From a virus: 39,412 nucleotides of DNA. The position numbers were made by a program, and so were the translations under genes. Positions 36,808-39,412 of this stretch are shown here, one piece after another (within the stretch, counting starts at the first letter, position 1; the number at the start of each line of letters is the position of its first letter). Below the pieces are notes generated by a model. The model did no database searches, was not told the DNA's origin, and worked only from the letters and a program-made list of their open reading frames with translations. The stretch is taken from positions 1 through 39,412 of IMG/VR virus record IMGVR_UViG_3300038313_000213; one strand, given 5' to 3'.

Positions 36808-36978
36808 ATGGACACACTGAAAGCCGCTTTAGAAATGATTTCGATTATGAACTCTGGAATTTCGAATGCATTACACGTGAGTAAATACCCGAACGACCAC
36901 AACAACGAAAGACTGAAGGCACACATTATCGGGATTGTTGATAGACTGAACGCGCTGCTTGAAGAAATGGAGGAATAA
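36808..36978 (+). CDS. Microprotein (56 aa)
   Basis: MDTLKAALEMIS...LLEEMEE*; leads into the 36981 ORF; not in the track. Confidence 0.55.
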   Translation: MDTLKAALEMISIMNSGISNALHVSKYPNDHNNERLKAHIIGIVDRLNALLEEMEE

Positions 36979-36980
36979 AC

Positions 36981-37169
36981 ATGTGCGAAGTAACTGTTTA
37001 CAAAGATGGAATGAAACATACCATTTTAAAAGACAAGAAAATAATCGAGAAAATTGCATGTGGTAGGACAGTTCCATGTGTGGAATACTTACACAGACTG
37101 TTTCCGGCAAAGATTACAGACTTGGAATTGCCAGACTTCGTAGAAACAGAGGTTGCAATATTCATTTGA
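36981..37169 (+). CDS. Hypothetical microprotein
   Basis: GGAGG RBS. Confidence 0.6.
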   Translation: MCEVTVYKDGMKHTILKDKKIIEKIACGRTVPCVEYLHRLFPAKITDLELPDFVETEVAIFI

Positions 37170-37179
37170 GGTGGTTGGC

Positions 37180-37374
37180 ATGGTAGAAACTGAAATTGTC
37201 AATGTAATTGCAAGGGCAAACAAGGAATTCGTTTACAACTTGGTTGAAGGTAGGGCAATATCAAAGGAAGACGTTAAAGAAACAATTGCCGAAATGCTGG
37301 AAACCTGCAGTAAAGAAGAATGTGATTACATCATGCAGAGAATTTCTGCTTGGCTAACGTATGCTAAAAGGTGA
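37180..37374 (+). CDS. Hypothetical microprotein
   Basis: GAGGTG RBS before ATG 37180. Confidence 0.6.
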   Translation: MVETEIVNVIARANKEFVYNLVEGRAISKEDVKETIAEMLETCSKEECDYIMQRISAWLTYAKR

Positions 37375-37380
37375 ATTGAA

Positions 37381-37695
37381 ATGCCTTTCAAACAATCCGA
37401 AACAAGACCACAACAGGGCAGAGGGCAAAAAACAAAAACGAAATGCCCTTGCTGTGGAACTTACATTCAGTCCGTATACATGAAAATTGACGGGAAGCTT
37501 GTAAGCGTGGGGGAAGAGTGCCCGAACTGCATTGAAGAGAAAATGAAGAACGAGTTTAACAAGGATGAATTAGAAGTGATCTGTGACGCTGTGACAACGA
37601 TTGGTATACAAACATCAAAACCAAAAGACTACAGCTTCTTGAAGATTATAGAGAGCATTTACGCGAAGTCTGAGAATAAGTTAAAGTACAAATAA
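37381..37695 (+). CDS. Zinc-ribbon protein
   Basis: CPCCG...CPNC; AGGTGA RBS. Confidence 0.7.
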   Translation: MPFKQSETRPQQGRGQKTKTKCPCCGTYIQSVYMKIDGKLVSVGEECPNCIEEKMKNEFNKDELEVICDAVTTIGIQTSKPKDYSFLKIIESIYAKSENKLKYK

Positions 37696-37729
37696 CTTTT
37701 TTTAAAAAACGGTTTTAAGGGGAATCCCC

Positions 37730-37915
37730 TTACATATATTCAATTGAATCCGTTGGATGATAACAAAATGACTTCTTTTCTCCGTCCAGCTTTATCTTAA
37801 GGTAAGCTCCGGTAGCTCCGGTTATCCGGCCTTCTTTTCCTTTGTACTTTACCCGTCCTCCGACTTTAGCGGGAACGTTGTAATATTTCCTTATGTAATC
37901 TATGCTGTTATACAT
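37730..37915 (-). CDS. Small SH3/KOW-like virus protein
   Basis: YIRKYYNVPAKVGGRV...G.ITGA.GAYL.I.LDG...HPT resembles a family I recall from phages; GGAG RBS. Confidence 0.65.
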   Translation of the reverse strand: MYNSIDYIRKYYNVPAKVGGRVKYKGKEGRITGATGAYLKIKLDGEKKSFCYHPTDSIEYM

Positions 37916-38066
37916 GTTTCAACTCCGTTGTTTTTCTAAAGGCAATTACAGCGTTGCTTATGTGTTTAACCACTCTTACGACGACTTCAATTAATCGGGT
38001 ATAGATAAACCAATTAATAACATTCCCATAGTAGTGTATGAAGTCATAAGACATTTCATGTAGTGT

Positions 38067-38230
38067 TTCTATATCGATGATGTCTTGTCAACTACCCCAC
38101 GCTAAAGCTGTGGGGCTTGCGTTTCTATGTCTTAGTTTCCTAAGCAGAACACAATAGGCTGATTGACGACAGCCCTAGAAGCTATATTTTTAGCCGCATT
38201 GAAATCAGCATTTTCCGTATGTCCACATTC
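38067..38230 (-). ncRNA. Predicted TnpB reRNA with flank-derived guide AAGACATCATCGATAT...
   Basis: Established TnpB biology: the reRNA spans the tnpB 3' end and right end and takes its guide from the flank; 5' boundary is approximate. Confidence 0.5.
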
Positions 38231-39328
38231 AAGGCAAACGAAAGATGCCTGATTCTTTCTGTTCTTTTTGTCGATATAACCACAAACAGAACACTCTCTT
38301 GAAGTATTTCGAGGATCAATAGGTATTACAGGAACTCCTAACAATTTTGCTTTGTATTCTATGAAGTTCCTTAATTCAAGAAAAGCCCACTTTCCAATTG
38401 ATTCTCTAACAGCTTTTGAAACCGTTACACTCTCTCTAATGCCTGAAAGATCTTCCAGAGCAATAGCTCGATTTGTGTCTTTAGCTGTTTGTACTATTTT
38501 CTTAGAAATACAATGATTAGTATCTTTTTTGAATCTTCTTTCTTTTCCACTAATTTTTCTCAGATGTTTCTTTGCGGACTTTGTACCTACTGATTGCAGG
38601 ACAGATTTTACTTTCGCGTATTTCTGCCTGACTTTGGTACATTTTTCACCGGAATAATTTTCACCATCTGATGTTGTAGCCAGATTAACAATACCCAAGT
38701 CCACACCTAATACACCATCTGGGAGGATTGGTTCTGCATCTGGAAGATCTACTACTATCATTAGATAGAAAGTTCCATTTTTGTAGATAAGATCAGCCTG
38801 CCCTCTGACTCTATTAGCTTCCAGCTTTCGGTATTCACCGTATTGGATACCAACCTCTATTCTACCATCTAATGTAAGGATAGATATTACATCGGCTGAC
38901 CTATATGACAGAATTCTCTGATCATAGACAATAGCACCATGTGGATCAAATTCATGAAGTGTGTTTCTGTCTACTTTATAGGATTCAGCAACTTTACCGA
39001 CTGCTCTAACTGTCATTTGAGCAGATAATCCGTATTTTTCTCTTATTTCATAATAGAGTTCTTTCTGAATTCCAACCTTACCGAATAACTTTTTCTTGAA
39101 AGCAAAAACAGAAATAAAATTACATGCTTCATTGAATTTTTCCATAGTCTTTAATAACTTATCATGTTGCTCTTTATCAGTTATCAGTTTAGACTTTACG
39201 GTTAGAAGCATGTTATACACCTTTGCTATAGAGTATATGATTCTATAGTATTTATACATTTGTGCCTTGTGTTAAGTTGACGGAATTCCTCCCTGTGCTA
39301 AAGCATCAGGGCTTCCTTCCTTCTGACC
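38087..39328 (-). mobile_element. tnpB-only IS200/IS605-family element (IS1341 type), inserted 3' of TCAC
   Basis: LE hairpin 39291..39311 with guide GAAG matches TCAC at 39332..39329; RE hairpin 38095..38115 with guide CAAG matches terminal TGAC at 38087, following IS608 guide-pairing rules. Confidence 0.9.
38132..39211 (-). CDS. tnpB: TnpB RNA-guided nuclease, apparently intact
   Basis: LGVDLG, IALEDL, NADFNAAKNI, CSVCG/CLECG Zn finger; start probably ATG 39211 (track gives 39259). Confidence 0.95.
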   Translation of the reverse strand: MLLTVKSKLITDKEQHDKLLKTMEKFNEACNFISVFAFKKKLFGKVGIQKELYYEIREKYGLSAQMTVRAVGKVAESYKVDRNTLHEFDPHGAIVYDQRILSYRSADVISILTLDGRIEVGIQYGEYRKLEANRVRGQADLIYKNGTFYLMIVVDLPDAEPILPDGVLGVDLGIVNLATTSDGENYSGEKCTKVRQKYAKVKSVLQSVGTKSAKKHLRKISGKERRFKKDTNHCISKKIVQTAKDTNRAIALEDLSGIRESVTVSKAVRESIGKWAFLELRNFIEYKAKLLGVPVIPIDPRNTSRECSVCGYIDKKNRKNQASFVCLECGHTENADFNAAKNIASRAVVNQPIVFCLGN

Positions 39329-39412
39329 GTGATAAGAAACAAAATAAACCCGATGTGTATATTTTTCATGTCATCTCCTCCCGTTCAGTCGCTTGAATTT
39401 GTCATTAAAACA
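39329..39412 (+). repeat. 84-bp direct repeat, copy 2
   Basis: Identical to 14..97. Confidence 0.95.

Noticed and set aside
35558-37110. Minus-strand ORFs 35558..35965, 35784..36188, 36008..36310, 36693..37019 and 36871..37110
   Set aside because: Antisense to better-supported plus-strand genes
38067-38086. TnpB guide targeting another site in this genome
   Set aside because: No TCAC-adjacent match to AAGACATCATCG was noticed by eye; a computational scan is needed to exclude it

Overview
The window looks like the near-complete, probably circular (~39.3 kb unit, 14..39328) genome of a temperate spindle-shaped (lemon-shaped) virus of a methanogenic archaeon; Methanosarcinales is my inference from the archaeal-type NrdD, ThyA-like and primase proteins and the IS content. 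Modules: a short tyrosine integrase; a complete anaerobic ribonucleotide reductase set (NrdD, NrdG, NrdH-like redoxin); a minus-strand virion block with two small two-helix capsid-like proteins (SSV1 VP1/VP3-like), a 799-aa adhesin, membrane proteins, a P-loop ATPase and an 857-aa basic protein; a replication block (UvrD-like helicase, candidate iteron origin, Sak4-like ATPase, PriS-PriL fused primase, HNH nuclease); nucleotide-metabolism genes (thymidylate-synthase homologue, MazG, Nmad1/DUF1599-like); and three IS remnants or elements (IS200-type tnpA with cargo ORFs, IS607, tnpB-only IS1341-type). No DNA polymerase, terminase, portal, tRNA, rRNA or CRISPR array was seen. Best leads: (1) the TS homologue has Asp at the position that switches specificity from dUMP to dCMP, which with MazG, Nmad1 and NrdDG suggests a cytosine-modification pathway; (2) an AbiEii/MenT-like nucleotidyltransferase domain embedded in the 857-aa protein ending the structural operon; (3) a 12-bp motif RCAATTWCARVG dispersed at least 24 times on both strands. 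All family assignments come from motif recognition by eye, not database searches.
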